A stretch of DNA of 64,000 nt, from NCBI GenBank assembly GCA_001949185.1, contig BDGG01000018.1, positions 186,001 to 250,000 of the forward strand, given 5' to 3'. The stretch is from Ramazzottius varieornatus. Lineage: Eukaryota > Animalia > Tardigrada. Below are positions 62,772 to 64,000 of this stretch, in pieces; the stretch's first letter is position 1; every line of letters starts with the position of its first letter. Both the position numbers and the translations under genes were made by a program. The notes under the pieces are model-generated. The model was not told the origin of the DNA, made no database searches, and worked only from the letters and a program-made list of their open reading frames with translations.

Positions 62772-64000
62772 TCAAACTGAGACGACAAAGTTGCCAAATC
62801 TTTTCCTATGGGCTTCTTCCAACAGGCGTATCCTTTCGCCATCGCTCAGTCCATACTGTTTCCTCTGGAAGGACTTGGCGTTGGGTGGTTGATGATCCAC
62901 ACTGAGGAAGACACAGTCCTGGAACGTCTTCCAGTCCTTGGCGCTGAGTCTATCGGGACTGATATCGCCCCCCTTCATCCACACATCCTTCTCGTCGTTT
63001 CTCGCTCCATTGCCGCCCACCACCTTCACACTAAACCCATACACCACCCTCACGACCTTCTCCCCAATCTTCGTCTCCACTCCATCACACTTCCTCATTC
63101 TGCTCACTTTGATCTCTTTCGTTGTCTCAGGCAACATCTTTGCCAGTTCATTCTCAACGAGATCTGATACAGTATGTGAGGAAGCTTTCTCGTCAACTGG
63201 CAGCTCTATCCTGACAAGCCCTACTTTCTGCTTCTCCTCCGATTTGCTAAAATAGTACGTCTTGCTTTGGACGTCTTCGATGACACAAACTGCTTGGTGC
63301 TTCCTCTTGACACGATCTTCAGCCCGCATCGAGTACTTGGTGACGCCTTCGCTACTGCAGTAGCCGGAAGTCAGGACATCGGGCGAACAGAGAAGACACT
63401 CGTTGCCCTCACTGCACAATCTGGAAGGAGTGTACACCAGAAAGGAAGTACTCTTCAAGTATAGCTTGACAAAGTTCTTGATGAGCAGGTGGTTCTTGTA
63501 GGCGTTACAGAGGGACTTTAGCGGACAACTGGGGCACTGTGGCTTCCTTTCCGTGCAGACCTGCGGTCAAAAAGTAGCGTAAGCGGCACCGACATTTGTC
63601 CTTGTGGAGCTTGAGAATTACGACAAACCTTTTGTGCGGTAAGACTAATGGCGTCCTCGATGTCCGTCACTTCGTCAGAACCAGCACAATTCCGCATTTG
63701 GCTGTAAATCTTCCGACGATGAGTGACGGCAGCTGCGCCACCGTGGTTGGAGCTGATACGACCCATTCGTGTCAGCATCCGTCCCAGGTCCACGTCTTCC
63801 GTGTCCAATACCTTCCGGGAACGTGCAAAGTTCCTGGCCAGCGTCACCACCTCTTCGTTCTGAAAGCATAAGATCAGAAGGTTGGGAGTATAGAAGAAAG
63901 GAGAGGGACTAAAACAGTCGCAATCTCCGTAACCGGAAGTTGTACACCAGGCGCTGAACGAGCGCGCTGTGCAGTGCCTGCGCAGCAGATGCGTACAATT
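62772..64000 (-). CDS. HhH-GPD/endonuclease III-like protein with 4Fe-4S (FES) motif and chromodomain-like C-terminus; visible exons ~63859-63629 and 63560-62772, 5' part presumably outside the window
   Basis: Removing the 68-nt intron 63628-63561 gives EDVDLGRMLTRMG...DIEDAISLTAQKVCTERKPQCPSCPLKSLCNAY (C-x6-C-x2-C-x5-C), in frame with ORF 62772-63458. Confidence 0.68.

Noticed and set aside
1-64000. tRNA, rRNA or snRNA genes
   Set aside because: None recognised by eye; a tRNAscan-SE or Infernal run is needed to exclude them.

Overview
Compact, intron-rich animal genomic DNA: short GT-AG introns, tight gene packing, no prokaryotic features. The gene content and style suggest a tardigrade such as Ramazzottius; this is inference only. 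Conserved genes in order: rough homeobox (+), FRMD8/iTAP-like FERM (-), divergent intronless class-A GPCR (+), peripherin-2/RDS-type tetraspanin with a long disordered Lys-rich tail (-), decayed BTB/POZ gene (-), PABPN1 (+), RPS28 (-), CLIC (+), GAK/auxilin lacking the PTEN-C2 module (-), INSIG (+), GID8 (+), OXA1L (-), VAP (+), and SoxD (+) behind an ~11-kb gene-free region. At the right end, two tandem minus-strand genes are visible only after manual splicing: a cold-shock-domain + RING protein, and a window-truncated HhH-GPD/EndoIII-like protein with a 4Fe-4S motif and a chromodomain-like C-terminus. Intergenic DNA holds many MITEs and non-autonomous DNA transposons plus a CRE-type LINE fragment. 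A dispersed ~55-60 bp hairpin family (AGTGGCGCAC-N25-GTGCGCCACT, 13 copies, almost all intronic, often paired) runs through the window. Gene models were spliced by eye and coordinates span first to last coding base.
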